A DNA stretch of 64,000 nucleotides, taken from the NCBI GenBank assembly GCA_964016885.1, contig OZ024744.1, positions 63,178,001 to 63,242,000 of the forward strand, written 5' to 3'. The notes beneath the pieces were generated by a model. It made no database searches, was not told where the DNA came from, and saw only the letters and a list, made by a program, of their open reading frames with translations. Position numbers and translations under genes: made by a program. Shown here piece by piece: positions 12,091-26,154 of the stretch. Source of the DNA: Eledone cirrhosa. Its lineage: Eukaryota. Every line of letters begins with the position of its first letter. Within the stretch, counting starts at the first letter, position 1.

Positions 12091-13123
12091 AAACACTGAA
12101 ATGAAATAAAAAGGCAGCTTGATGACACATGTGTTGGAAGACACTTGTTATCATTGACACAAATGCATACACTCCCCCCAACCCCCCTACACACAATGTC
12201 TAAGTGTATATATATATAAATATATATATGTTATCATCAACTTCTCTTTAAAATTTATCTTCTTGCAAACACATGCATATGTGGTGTTAAGTAGCAGCAA
12301 AGAAGTTGCATCATTCTTGCTTGAGGGAAATTTTTTTTAACTATTTGACAATCATTGTTTTTATATAAGATTGAATTGTAATTTTTTTTTTCCAATTTTT
12401 TTTATCTTTGAACTTTAAACATGATTTCAGTACTGAAAATTATGAATAATAGTTGTATGTATGTCCATGTTTTTCTGTATGAGTAGCTAAAAATTGGGCA
12501 AAAAAATACTTCAGGCTGGTGGGTTTTATTGTGGCCTAGTGGTTAGGGTATTGGATTCATAATAAGGTTGTTAGTGTGTCCCCTGGTCAGGGAATCAAAC
12601 CGTGTTCTTGAGCAGGATGCTTCACTTCACATTGGTTTTCATGATAGGACTGGAGAGCATTAAAACACTGTAGAAACTGCCTGTGAAGTACAACCTTCTC
12701 GGAGGTCAATTAAACCAACATAGGTTTGAGCTGTATCAACATACGTGTGTGTGTGTGTGTGTGTGTGATATGACTGGAACCTCTATCATTAAAACATTTG
12801 AGAAACCTCATGAGATACAACCTTGTTGGAGGCCAACTATCCCTTTTTTTTTCATTGTGCCCTTAGTTAAGGCATTTATTTTCCTTTATTTGTCTCAGGA
12901 TCATATGAGATGGTAAGGGTTAGGCTAAAAAAGAAAACAATGATTCTATAATTGGGAGAATCAGATTCATCCCCTTTTTTTGTAGTAGTAGTAGTAGTAA
13001 AGTTAATAATATACACTGAAAGTAAAGTTCTAATTTTTTTTTTGGGTATTTTTTTCAAATTTTAGTAGTTTATTGAATAACTAAAAAATCAGTTTGTTTA
13101 TGAGCATCTACTAATTTGTATTA

Positions 13124-13343
13124 TTAATAATAATAATAATAATGAAATTGTGTAAAGTGCTCAGGTGCACTACAACTCGTCAAAGGTGCATGTGTAGTAC
13201 ATAGAATAATATACAAATGTCAGGGAAGTGAATAGTGTATGAGTCATGATATACATGTGTGTATGTGTATGGAGGGGGGACATTAGGTGTAGTGTTGGCG
13301 AATCTTGGGAAGCATGGAGGTTTTAAAGGATGCAGTTTTGCTC
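13124..13343 (-). mobile_element. 5'-truncated CR1 LINE 3' end, same family as 50945-55240
   Basis: Encodes TASFKTSMLPKIRQHYT* versus TASFKTLMLPEIRQNYT* in the long copy. Homologous 3'UTR and (ATT)n tail. Confidence 0.88.
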
Positions 13344-14819
13344 ATTTCCTTCCTCACCAACCCTTGCTTTCCAACGATCATAACACCCCTCCCCTGCTGC
13401 CTTTTCGTGTCCATTGAGACTCCCAGCATCCCTGGGAGAGGGTAGTAAGGGTGGTACTGCAAGTATATGTGGGGGCAAATGATGGTTATCAAAATGTGTG
13501 TATAAGCACATGGCGGGTGCTAACGAGTCATTCTGAGGAACACAACTCTTCTCCCAAATTCACTTTGGTCCAGTAAGAATGCTTGTACATATTTGAAATC
13601 AATCTAGACAGGATTTTTTTTTTTTTCAATGTTTAACCTTTTTATATATATATTTTTTTTCTTAGAGTTGTTTATGCAAATTGTTTCTGTGTGAGTTTGT
13701 TTAAATGATGATATACTATGCAGAAGCAAAACGGCACAGAGATGAGCAGGAGAGGGGGGGGGGGGACATTGGGTGTAGTGGGACTTGAAACCTTACATCT
13801 CAATTACAAGCTAAACGATTTATTTGGCTACAACCCACTCACTGACTCATTTTTCTTACCTTATCAGCCTTTGCATTAATGAGTTTAGCATGTGTGTATA
13901 TGTGCGTGTGTGTGTAATATGCTGGCATACGGTAACTCTGTTTTTATTAGGTTATACTGGTATTAGCAGGTTATATACACAGAAACACATACATACACAC
14001 ACACCTCTCTCTCTCTCTCTCATAAAGAGTTGAAACTAGCTGTTGAAATAGCAAGAGCTCAGCTGTCAGTTCCAGACTCTTTATAATATAGCCATACTCT
14101 ACTACCCCAAGTATTGAGTATTCTCTTGAGTAATGGTCTAACCAGTTTCAAACTGGTTCTATCCTGATTTTTATGTATGTGTATATGTATATACATATAT
14201 AAATATGTATATACATAGTATACATGTAACTATGAAATATTAATTCATTCTGTGACCAAGGTGACCAGTATTAAAAAAAAAAAAAATTCTATTAATCCAG
14301 ATGAATGCATTTACAGTGTTTATGAAGCACAAGAAATATTTTGAAATTTCAGTTTATTAATTCAGTTAGGTACTGGGTATTTGTGTGTCAATAATAGAAT
14401 TTTAGTTTCAAATTCATCTTTAAATAATTATTTAAATTAATACTAGATAAAAATCACCAAAAAGGTTGATTGTTTATAATCTATATATAATAAATGGCAG
14501 ACTACGAGACTGTGTCCAGTTTATTTTTTTTATCCCGTTATTAAAATAAGTTGGATTACTTTCAATTATAATAATAATAATAATACTAATTCTGTATAAA
14601 TTTTATAATGTTCTCCATAGTATATTTTTTGTTAAATGAATAAAATAATTTGGTTCAGTTCTGATAATTCAATTAAAATATACTTATTTCCATGTAGTTT
14701 TATTCAAAATAAAGCTGAGTGTAAATGTGAAAATGTTCAGTAAAATATGTGTATGTATGTATGTATGTGTATATATATATATACTTGCACACACATGCAT
14801 ACATATATGCATACACACA

Positions 14820-15051
14820 AATATTATATATATAGTAATAATAATAAATGTGAAGACTAAAATCCGAAGAGGGCTCGATAAGGATAATATATATATAAAT
14901 ATATATAAAACCGTAGAGCATATATTTATTAAAATAACAGATTAAAGTTTAAGCAAAGAATCATTGCTTTCATCCTTAACGGAATCTTCAGAAGATCCCG
15001 TTAAGGGTGAAAGCAGTGATTCTTTGCTTAAACTTTAATCTATTATTTTAA

Positions 15052-15058
<7 letters not shown>
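14820..15058. mobile_element. Fold-back element, copy 2, abutting a perfect (TA)n tract
   Basis: Arms ~14920-14989 and 14991-15058. Minus strand reads CTGAAGA-TTCC GTTAA GGAT-GAAA-GC. Confidence 0.6.
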
Positions 15059-15144
<86 letters not shown>

Positions 15145-15805
15145 TCATCATCTTTGCTTAACGTCCATTTTCCACGCTAGCATGGGTTAGACTATATCGT
15201 ATCCCCCAACAGCATTCTAATAAATGTTGCCTGTGCAGGTAATCAAAGTGTGTATACATTTTGGGGGGACATCCTGTATGTGTCTGTGTGTGTGTATATA
15301 TATATATATAGTGCTGTAACATTTTCAGAGGATAACTATTGTTGACATTTTAAAATTTTATTTTATTAATAAAGAATATTTGGAAATTTCAAGACAAAAA
15401 CCATTAGTAGCCCCTCGTTACCATTTACGTTGTTTCCACGTTACAGAACTGCAGTATTTCTCTTATTCTTGTTTTTGTTTGATTGGTTTTATTTTTTTTA
15501 CTCTTCCTTCAAATGGGGGAGGTATGTAAAATATAAATTAATGATGTTCCTACTTCAGTACTATATATCTATATATAGATAGATAGATAGATATATACAT
15601 AGATAGATATAAAAAATATATATATATATTTCTTTCCTGTTTGTATTATTTTAACTCATTGATTTTTTTTTTTTTTTTTTTTTTTTTTCTCTTGAATGAA
15701 TTTATAATGTCATGAAGATTACTTACTGAATAATCAGAGATAATTCTACTAAATAAGTAATGAACATTTAATTTCATTCTTAAAACTACAACTATAAGAA
15801 ATTTC

Positions 15806-16020
15806 TTAACCCTTTTAGCATTTAAACCAGCTATATCCAGCCCGAATTCTCTCATTTCTTTCTGTTCAAACTGGCCACTTATACTGATGTTAAGGTATTG
15901 TTCTCAAAAATAACATCAAAATCTCATAGATTCGATATTATGAGATAATTATGTAAGGTAAAGCTTTTACTGTAAAAATACAATAGTAAATTTAGAATAA
16001 TGTAAATGCTAAACAGTTCA
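15806..16020 (+). mobile_element. piggyBac-type TTAA MITE
   Basis: TTAA-CCCTTTTAGCATTTA start. Body matches 35236-35449. Right end degenerate. Confidence 0.7.
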
Positions 16021-16681
16021 GTGAAATACTCAATATTCCAGATAAAGATAACAACCATACAATAAGCATTTTAAGATCATTTTCTCTTTTAAGGTAAGGG
16101 TTAGCTGTTGCTGGACCCCCATGTCAAGCTTCATATTCTGGCATTAATACTGTTCAGTTACTTCTTACATCATGCAGGGACATGGAGTAGCTATTTTAAA
16201 CCACACACACTAGCTATTCTGGTGTTTGACACTCCATTGGTTCTGATAACAAGTGTCCAACTTATTTGATTAATGGAATTGCTTACTCATGTACCTTTTA
16301 ACATACTCAGAGAAATTCAGCACAATCCTAAGTGTGATATGGCTGGCCCCTTTGAATTGCAAGGTCAATTCAATTTTGCCAGCTGAGTGAGATTTAAGCA
16401 ATGTGAAATAAAGAAACAGCATACCACCAGAAATCGAACTTACAATTGGTATCTGAACTTCCTTACCACTAAACATTACAATTCTAAACCAGTTGTAGTG
16501 TACCAGTGTAGCTATCCGACATTCACTCAAGATGGAGGAATTAATATTAGGTTTACTTTGTATTTATTTCCATAATATTTTACATATTTTGCTGAATTAT
16601 AAACAATATCGCTGCTGAATCTTGAGCAATTGAATAAAAAGAAAAAGCTTTTTTTAAAATTATTATTATAACCATTGTTAA

Positions 16682-18082
16682 GGTGGTGGATTGGCAAAAT
16701 CGTTTGAGCATCAAACAGAATGTTTGGGGGCATTCAGTTATATCTCTGAATTAAAATCCCGCCATGGTGAACTTTGCCTTTCATCCTTCCAGGGTCGATA
16801 AAATTAAGTACTAGTTAAGTACTGGGGGTCAATATAATCGATTTTTGCCCTCCCAGCCAAAAAATTACTGGCCTTGTGCCAAAATTAGGAATCATTATAT
16901 CGTTATTATTATAACCTTTGTCTACTTTCATACATGGTTACAGTAGCTAAAATATTTTTTCTTTGACATCAAATGTATTTGACTGAGCAAATGTAGACAA
17001 ATGTGTCTTACATTCTTACATTCTCCCGATGTAATTACAATTAATATTTTATTTTGGAGATGATTTCTATCTTCAGCATGTCAGCCTTGTATACTAACTT
17101 GATTTTAATGAAGAACAAGAAAAAAATAATAATTACAAAAAAAAAATAACTTGTTTTTTTTTTTTGTTTTTTTTTCATAAAAAGAAATTTATTTCAATGT
17201 TGTAAATTTACTTCCCAAGCAGAATCAGCATGACATATATGACAATATGACAAGGCTGGACTTTTTTTTTTTTTTTTTTTTTACAGTTACAGTCTATCTT
17301 GTATTATATTGTAAGAGGCAGTGGATTGGCAGTATCAGTAGAGTCGGACACTATGCTTTGCAACATAGAGTTACGGTCCTTTATAGTCTTGAGTTCAAAT
17401 CCCGCCGAGGTTAACTTTGCCTTTCATCCTTACAGGGTCGATAAAATAAAGTACCAGTAATGTACTGGATAATTGCTGGTCAAAAGTAGAAACAATTATA
17501 TTGTAAGTGGCTGACTATTCCACAGATAAGTGTACATCACCATCATCGTTTCATGTCCATTTCCCATGCTAGCATGCATAGGATGGGCTGTCCCTTTGTG
17601 AGAGATCAGGTCAGAGGACTGTGTTTCATTCAGACAACTGATTTTGGCTTGGTTTCTACAATTAGATCCCCTTCCTAACGCCAACCACATTTAGTGTGGA
17701 CTGGGCACTTTTTGTCGTGACCCCCTACACAACCAATTTACAGTGTGTGCTGGGTGTTTTTTGTCGTGACACCTATACTAACATTCTCGGAGACCCAACC
17801 CATGAAAGAATGGAAAACCAGTGGTGGTGATGATGATGATTCAGTGTGACAAGGCTGGCCATTTGTCTTACAGCTACAGTCCATCTTGTATTATAGGGCG
17901 GTGGATTGGCAGTATCGGTAGAGGGTCTGACGCCATGCATCAAAGTGTTACGTCCCTTTATGGTCTGAGTTCAAACCTGCTGAGGTTAACTTTGCCTTTC
18001 ATCCTTACGGTGTCGATAAAATAAAGTACCAGTAATGCACTGGGATAATTGCTGGCCTTGTGTCAAAAGTAGAAACAATTAT
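16682..18082 (+). mobile_element. Three copies of a tRNA-derived MetaSINE-like family (~16682-16900, 17318-17499, 17897-18082), with other repeats between
   Basis: GAGTTCAAATCC B box followed by GTTAACTTTGCCTTTCATCCTTACGGGGTCGATAAAATAAAGTACCAG. The family label is from recall of the Meta domain. Confidence 0.7.
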
Positions 18083-19384
18083 AGTGTGAATGGCTGAGTA
18101 TTCCACAGACACGTGTACCCTAAATGTAATTCTCAGGAATATTCAATCTAACATGGCTTGCCCTTTGAATTACAAGTACAATTCCTCCAAATGGGGCTTC
18201 CAAGTAGTTTCTGTCTACCCAGGTTCACCTACAAGCTTGGTAAAGTCAATTGCTTAAGAAACCACTGTGGGATTGAGCCCCTGATCTCATGATTGTGAAA
18301 CAAACTTCTTAACCATTCAATCACAACACACAAACACTTTACTACTTTCATTCTCTCTTTCCTTCCTAGCTCTATTTTATTCAATACTAGCGAAAGAGTC
18401 TGTTGTTGTTAGGCACACCTTTCACCACTGTAAATAAAGACCCCACTCTCTTATCTACATGACCATTTTTAAATAGCCCCAGAACATGGCTATTTTAGAG
18501 AAGAGCAAGATTTAAACTATATGTTGACATGGAAAACCTCCCTTGCCCCATCTGTATTTTTTTGCAAACATTTACTACTGCGTCTGTCTTCCTCCACTCT
18601 TAATGAAGATCCTGTAAAGCAAACGACACATTAAACCTTTCTTTTCACATGGAAATAGTTTTCCAAAAGAGACAAAATAAAATGTAGAGATTCCATTGAC
18701 AACATGTTAAATTATATTTAATTATTGTCATAAATCTGCCATTAAATGACAGAAATATATCAAATTTAACTGAAAACTTTCTGCAGTGTCTATCTTATGA
18801 CGCCACACACCTTACTCCTACTGTCATTGTTGTCTGTACTCTTACTGCTACCACGGCTCTCTCCAACTTTTATATAGCTACTATTATAGCTGTAGTTACT
18901 ACTCCCACTGATACCCTGTCTGTTTTGTTCTCTCCCTCTCTCTCTCTTGTTTTCCACTGTTGCCACTAACAATAAAGACCTGCCTCACCCCGTCTTTAAA
19001 TAGCCCCAGAACTCTGCTATTTTAGGGGAGAATGGGATTTAAACTATGTGGACATGCTCTGGGAGCTAAATAACCTATATATCAAATTTAAACGAAATTG
19101 GATGGAAACTGGAAATGCATCGCCTGCATTCAGATATACAGTTTTGTTTTTACATATATAGATCATTACTAGAAACATCATCATCATTATAATTTTGCGT
19201 TTGTGTTTCCATGCTGTTTCAGTTGGAATTCTACAGCCAGATGTCCTTCCTGATGACAACCTTCACTTGGTTTTTTATTTTTTTATAATATGGTACAAAT
19301 CTTTACACATTGAGCTGTGAGACTTAAACAAATGTCACCAGCTGTTGAAGCAATGTAAAACACTCGTTTTTCTCAATGTACATA

Positions 19385-19491
19385 TATAGGGTGTCCAAAA
19401 CATATGTACACACACTTCAACAACATGCTAATAAATATTGCCTGTACAGGTAATCAAAGTGTGTATGCATATTTTTGGGACACCCTCTATA
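19385..19491. mobile_element. Tc1/mariner-type mini-MITE (related copies at 38747-38828 and ~15195-15278)
   Basis: AGGGTGTCC...GGACACCCT inverted ends with TA flanks. Confidence 0.65.
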
Positions 19492-20015
19492 TGAGCATCC
19501 AGTTGTTCAATCAACTTTACTATCTGCTTATTAAATTAACATTTAAAGTGATTTAGTATATCATACATACTTCTGAACCCTTAACGTAATTCTCAAATGG
19601 AATTAGCATGGTGTGATAAACTAGCATCTTTGAATTACACATACAGTCCATCAAATGAGCTTCCATACAGTTTCTGTCTACCCAATTTCACCTGCAAGGC
19701 TTGGGTCGATCATCTGAGGCTATGATAAATGACACTTTGACCAAAATGCCACACAACAGGACTGAACCTGGGACCTCATGATTAATAAGTTGATTTCTTA
19801 ACTTCTCATCCATGTCTTTATGTACATATATATCAGGTGAAGAAAGTTATGCCAACAAAATTTCATGCTGTGTTGTTCCACAATTAGTGAAAACAAATCA
19901 ATTCATCAGAGATGTAATCCATACAGTGTAACAAATTAAACTTCCAGTGTGTTGTATGAATGCAGATGCACAGGGATCTAAAATAATATAAGATAGAAAA
20001 AAACCAATGCTAGGA

Positions 20016-20380
20016 TTAACCTTTTAGCATTTAAACTTACCTTATCCAGCCAGAATTCTCTCACCTCTTTCTCTTTAAACCAGTTATAACTGGCCACTCA
20101 GTGACATTAAGGTATTGTTCTGAAAATAAATATCAAAATCTCGTAGATTCAATATTATGCGAGATAAAGTGTTTACCGTGAAAATACAATAGTAAATATA
20201 GAGTAACATAAATGCTAAAGGGTTAAACGGGCCAAAATTCTCTCACCTCTTCCTGTTTAAACCAGCCTTAGCTGACCACTCATAATGATGTTAAGGTATT
20301 GTTCTAAAAAAAAAAATAATATCAGAATCTCATAGATTCGATATGAGAAGCAAAGCCTTTACCATGAAAATACAATAGTA
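20016..20380 (+). mobile_element. piggyBac-type TTAA MITE (20016-20226) plus a tandem partial copy
   Basis: TTAACCTTTTAGCATTTA ... TAAATGCTAAAGGGTTAA, then the body repeats. Confidence 0.8.
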
Positions 20381-20845
20381 TATACTCCTGTTAGTTCAAT
20401 TTAGAGACAGAGAGGGAATGCAAAGTGCTGCTCATAATGGCTTTTTGAAGCAAATTAATTTCAGATATGAAATTTCCTAAATAATTTATGAAATCTTTGA
20501 GGATACAGGATTGAGTGAAATGAAGGCTTAAAGGTGAGTTCCTGGAGTTGATGTTAAGATTCTATTATATAGAAACACCCTTTAAAGTGGTTGATGTTTG
20601 AACAAAGACAATTGAGTAGAGAGGACATGACAACTTTACTAGTGCTGGTGCCACAGCAAAAAGCACCTAGTTTGCCATGTAAAGTGGTAGTGCTGGTGTC
20701 ACGATAAAATGCACTTAGTATATTCTGTGAAGTGCTTAGCAATAGAAGGCCTTCTAGTTGTAAGAACCATGTCAAAATAATAAAAACATGGTCATTTGAC
20801 CTGTTTCGTCTCAGAACGTGACAACCTGTCTGAGCAATACTAGCA

Positions 20846-20882
<37 letters not shown>

Positions 20883-20956
20883 GCGCGCGAAGTGTTTAAG
20901 GTACGGAAACTGGGAAGACTACAGATCAATGAATGTTTAAGTGCAGAGTTAGTATA

Positions 20957-23010
20957 TCATCATCATCACTGTTTAACATCCATGTTTCTACTCTAGCATC
21001 AGTTAGACGAGCTGTCTTGTTGTGAGCAATGCCAGGTCAGGTGACCATGTATTGCTCTTATAGAACTGATTCTGGCTTGGTTTCTACAGCTGGATGCCTT
21101 TCCTAATGCCAACTTCATTTACAGTTATTACTGGGTGCTTTTTGTCGTGTCACCATCACAACCACTTTACAGTGTGGACTGGAGGTTTCACTGGATGTAT
21201 ACTTCAGCTTGTCCTCATAGGAATGGGTGCATACTATGTATATGCTTTGGCTTCAGCCTGTGCCTCTGGGATGCTAGATTTTCTGTATTACTGTGTAATG
21301 CCAGAGATCTTCAGTGCAATTGGACAAGGTAAGCTTTTATCATCACATCCCAAGTCTTCCTTGGTCTCCTCACCCTATGGCTTTCATTGACTTTTAGTGC
21401 TCTGCACCTTTTATGCAGCTGTCATCCTTCATGTGCATACCAAGATAATCTCCTCTCCTGCACACTGCATCTGATTCCTCCTATGCCTAGTTTCTCTTTC
21501 AGTTCGTTTATACTTTGCCATTCACATATATTACTATTATACATCCATTGGGGCATTCAAGCTTCATTCCTTTCCAATCTACACAAGTCTTCTGCACACA
21601 GCACCCAGTTCTCATTACCATATTACATAGTCTGCCTTTCATTTTGAGGGAAAAGCCTTTTGCAGCTAGCAGTGGTAGTAGCTTCCTGAACTTCTTCCAT
21701 CCAGTTCTCACTCTGACTACTGTACCTTCAGAACACCCACCTCTGCTGTTAATTTGGTCACCTAGGTAGCAGAAGCTGTCTACTTCTACCGAGCCTTCCC
21801 AGAATTTGGTAGTGCTTGTTTCCTATGGTCATTTGCTGCTTACTGTTCCAGTGCAACTGCTACATGAAAAGCCTACATTCTTAGCTAAACTTCCAGAGAT
21901 CCCATTACATCTCTTGTGTACCCATAGTTAGTAGGCAGAGGATGGAATTTCTACCTACACCTATCCTATATACTGAGCAAGGCCATTTCCCTGAGGAGAT
22001 CAGGGTTGTTTTCTCTTTTACTTACTAGGACCTTAGGACCTTAGTCTCTGTCAGGTTGACTTTAAGGCCCCTTGTTTCTAAGCCCCACTTCCATGTTTGG
22101 AATTTCTTCTTGTTCCACCATAGATTCCGCAATGAGTGTAAGATCATCCACGTACAGGAGTTCCCATGGGCAACCTGTCTTAAACCCCTCTGTTATAGTC
22201 TGCATCACAATAATAAACAGGATAGGGCTAAGAACAGTGGCCTGGTGGATGCCAACCTGTACATTAAATTCCTCGCTATAGTCATTAATCCTAACTTTGC
22301 TGACTGCTCCCCTATACATAGCTTGTACAGCCCTCACAAGCCACTCATCATCTGCTCCATGTTTTCTAAGAGCTGCCAAGATTGTGGCACGAAGGACTCT
22401 GTCAAGTTTTCTCGAGATCAACAAATGCCAAGTAGAGCAGCTTACTTTTAGCTAGGGACTTTTCCTGTAACTGCTTCACCAGGAAGAGAGCATTTGTAGT
22501 GCTTTTGCCTGGTAAAAATCCGAACTGCATCTCATCCAGATTTACCTGGTCCCTAATCAACTGTGCTATAACTCTTTGTTACTTTCATGACCTGGTCCAT
22601 CAGTTTGATACCTCTATAGTTTCTTCTATCTAGTGCATCACCTTTACTCTTGTAGCAGTTGACATTGATGTTACTGTGCCAATCATTCGGTAGGATACCA
22701 TTTAGTATTACTTAGTTTACAATACCTGTGGTTATGGTATGTCCTACCAACCCAGATGCTTTCAACATCTCAGCAACTATTTCTGATGGACTGGCTGCAT
22801 TCCCAGTCTTCATATTCTTAATAACTTACTACACTGTTGCTGGCTTGTACGGCTGGGCCCCCCCGTGGGGTCCACTTGCGGTAGGGTCTCTTTCTCCCAT
22901 GCATTCTTCTCATTCAGTAATCTTTCATAATGGTTCTTCCATGCAGCTTTCTTTTTGGCATCTGTTGGATCAGATCACTATTCCTCCCACATTCAGCAAC
23001 CTCTAGTAGC
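20957..23010 (-). mobile_element. Degenerate RTE LINE (RT domain through 3' tail)
   Basis: Minus frames: NYRGIKLMDQVMKV, MQFGF, GIHQATVLSPILF, WELLYVDDL, SFCYLGD, GWKKFRKLLPLL; frameshifted; (GAT)n tail at 20957. Confidence 0.9.
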
Positions 23011-24077
23011 ATTTCCCAATCTCTTTCTATTCATATACATGGATGCAGGAATGGTCGTGTAGTTAAGAATTTTGCTTTACAATTTCATAGTTCCAGGTTT
23101 GACTCTGCTATATAGCATCTTAGGCAAGAGGCTTCTATCGTGGTCTCATGTTAACTATGTTGACTAAGGCTTTGTATGAAGAGAATTTGGGAGATGAAAG
23201 TTCATGGCAGCCTGTCAAATTTATGTAGGAGTATATATATTAACAGGTTGTTAGTAGAAACAGTAGCCTGATATATTATATACACTAAATTTATTTATTT
23301 ATATTCCTTTAATTTCTGAGTTCAAATCCCACCCAGGTCAATAACATAAGTACCAGACAAAGTACTGGGGCCAATATAGTCAAAGAATTTTCTTTATTAA
23401 ATTGGTGGTTAGGGTGGTGGATTGGCAGTGGTGTTAGTGTTGCTTCACAATATTTCTTCCGGTTCTTTACACTTTGAGTTCAACTTTCCCTTCTGTGGTC
23501 AATCAAATAAAGTACCAGTGAAATACTGGTGTTGATATAATCAATATTCTCTTCCCACTAATTTTCTGACCTTGTGTCAAAATTAGAAATCATTATTAAG
23601 CTGATATTTGGAACATTGTTAAATATTTTGACTATTAAGTTGTTGTTTAAGACATAATTTAACAAAACGAATCAGAATTATTGTCATAAATAAAAGTACT
23701 TTGATCTTTTTGATATCAAATCACATGAAATCAGCCTTTTGTTTATTTTAAAGTGTTTATATTTATAAATCTAAATTTAATGTAAATATCTCTTAAGTTA
23801 TGTTCCAAATACCAATTTAACAATGAGAAAAGTTAGTTATGATACTAAATCCCTCCAAATTCTTTATTTTCAAAATCATTTGAAAACCAGAGCCAGTGTC
23901 TTTCATTAGAAATTTGGTAACAAAATGTTAAAATGTGAGGAAGGGTGTCTCAGGAGTGCTGGTATTGTAAAAGTTAAAACACACCTTTCAACTACCAAGT
24001 CATTAATTGGCACATCTATATTAAGTTACATACTGTAATATAAGATACAAAATGAGAAACAGAGAGCTTATAAACCT

Positions 24078-24083
24078 TTTATT
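24078..24083 (-). terminator. Candidate poly(A) signal of CCS
   Basis: AATAAA on minus strand ~515 nt after the stop, followed by T/GT-rich sequence. Other candidates exist in this AT-rich UTR. Confidence 0.35.
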
Positions 24084-24597
24084 TCATAGAAATGAGCCTT
24101 GCATCACAATACAGCTTTAATGTTTGAAATATATATTTCATTTCAAAAGTCAGAAATTGCTGGAATGTTTCTTTAGAAAAATAAAATCAATTATTTTACT
24201 TTTATCGAAAGTGAGGTAAAAAAACAACAAAAATAAATTACAAATTAATCATAGAAATTCCACAATTTTTCTGCAATTACAGAGGGGGAGGAAAATGGGA
24301 AGAAACAAGTATCAAAATCCCAGTGTTTAATTAATTTGACTTAATTTAATAATTAGTAAACATAATTGACTAGATTTTCTTTTTACTATTTGTTAATTTC
24401 TGATAATAAACAAATTTCTATAAAATACTTGATCCAGCAGTATAAACACAATATAATCACATCTAGCAAATGTATTTCATTAAAATTCATCTTATGTTTT
24501 GTTAGTTATTTTGTTTTGACTAGTTCTGTAGAAAAAAAAAACTGGAAAAAAAAAACACAAATAAATATGCTATTTCAACGAAAACTAATATAATTCC

Positions 24598-24739
24598 CTA
24601 AATTTTGGCTTTAGGATATTCCTTTTCAGCATCGTCTTGTTGCACTTTCTCATTCCAAATATTTACTCCGTCACAAGCACAAATCTTTTTTGCATTTTCA
24701 AACAGTCCCGCAGATCGAGCAATAATGCCACATCCAACC
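24598..24739 (-). CDS. CCS: Copper chaperone for superoxide dismutase, exon 7 (last)
   Basis: tttcag|G GTT GGA TGT..: (R)VGCGIIARSAGLFENAKKICACDGVNIWNEKVQQDDAEKEYPKAKI*. Domain-3 CxC motif. Confidence 0.96.
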
Positions 24740-25632
24740 CTGAAAGAGAACATTTGAAATTCTGTAGAAAATACATAGGTGGTAATTGCTCAGTTTTATA
24801 GTTAATTATTTACAGAAAACTGCATTACTCTGAGGTCTTGAATAATCATCCATCACCCACCCTGCCTCCGCTTATTAGATTTTACTAATCTATCTCTGAC
24901 AAAATTTTATTGTCAGTGATTCATATTGATACAGCAGCTGGAGAATATAATAATAATCTTGTTTTACATTAACCCTTTAACATTTAAACCGGCCAGAATT
25001 CTCTCATCTCTTTCTGTTCAAACTGGTCGTAATCGCCCCCTTCATACTTACGTTAATGTATTGTTCTCAAAATAAATAATATCAAAATCTCATAGATTCG
25101 ATATTATGTGAGATAAAGTCTTTACCATGAAAATACAATAGAATCTAAGCAAATGTCCAATCTCCCCACTTATAAAGTATGTTTTCAAGTGTGTGTATCA
25201 TCATCATCATTTAATATCCACTTTCCCTGTTAGCAAAGGTTTGAACAGAGTCATCAGACATCAAGTCAGTACTTAATCAGAGTTACTGACCTCTCAGATG
25301 TATCAGAAGTTCACATTATCACTTATATACATTCCCACACTATAGAGTGCACAGGGTGCATTTTATCATGGCACCAACACTAGAGAGGTCTTTGACACAC
25401 CAGAAGAAACCTAACTCTTTGTTTGACCAGTTTCCTATAGCTGGATACCCTTCCTAACACCAATCACCTTACAGGGTGTACTAGATTTTTCATGGCACCA
25501 CCGTCATGTCTGTCACCACAAACACCATCATTCCCACCTCTGTTACAAATGGACTTAAAAATGAAGATGATGTTTGTGAGGAGGATGATGATGATGGTGG
25601 TGGTGATGCTAAGTTCTAAATAAACTATTTAC

Positions 25633-25787
25633 CTTTCACTTAAGCCACCCGTGAGTGGTATATCACTCCCTCTACGAATGACCATGGAACGACCAATAAT
25701 ATCCCAAATGTTGAGGTTATCTTTGGAAATCCTGAAATCAGCTCTTCCAGTCTCTCCAGCATTTATGACATCAATATTACCAGAAAC
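25633..25787 (-). CDS. CCS: CCS exon 6
   Basis: tacag|GTT TCT..GAA AG|gtaaat: VSGNIDVINAGETGRADFRISKDNLNIWDIIGRSMVIRRGSDIPLTGGLSE. 155 nt, phase 0->2. Confidence 0.93.
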
Positions 25788-26154
25788 CTGTAGTATGTAT
25801 GAATTCATAATTATAACATTTAATTAATCAAAATTTTCAGAAAACATTTATAATAGGTTTAGTTAAATAAACCCTAAGAAGTTCACTTTGCAACCACATA
25901 GATCTGGGTTCAGTCATATTGTGTGGCACCTTGAAAAAATGTCTTCTACTATATTGTTGATTTGATCAATGCTTAGTGAGTGGAATTTAGTAAACAGAAA
26001 CTCAGAAATTCCGTTGTATATATATAGTATAGGTGATTCAGTAAATTATTGGTACAATATGAGCATTCAATGCACAGGCAGTGTGTATATAATAATAAAA
26101 AATTTATGAAGTTTCATTTGCATTTTGTGATATTTGAACAAAATTTGTGTCAGC

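Noticed and set aside
12880-16100. Micro-exon-like cag|GATCATATGAGATG|gtaagg (12899-12912) and a ratchet-like tttaag|gtaagg (~16081-16099)
   Set aside because: No host gene could be assembled around them, and such motifs arise by chance in AT-rich DNA.
18430-19095. Diverged direct repeats (TAAATAGCCCCAGAAC..GCTATTTTAG) at ~18470 and ~18997 as LTRs of a small element
   Set aside because: No TG..CA ends, primer-binding site, polypurine tract or TSD. An old local duplication is more likely.
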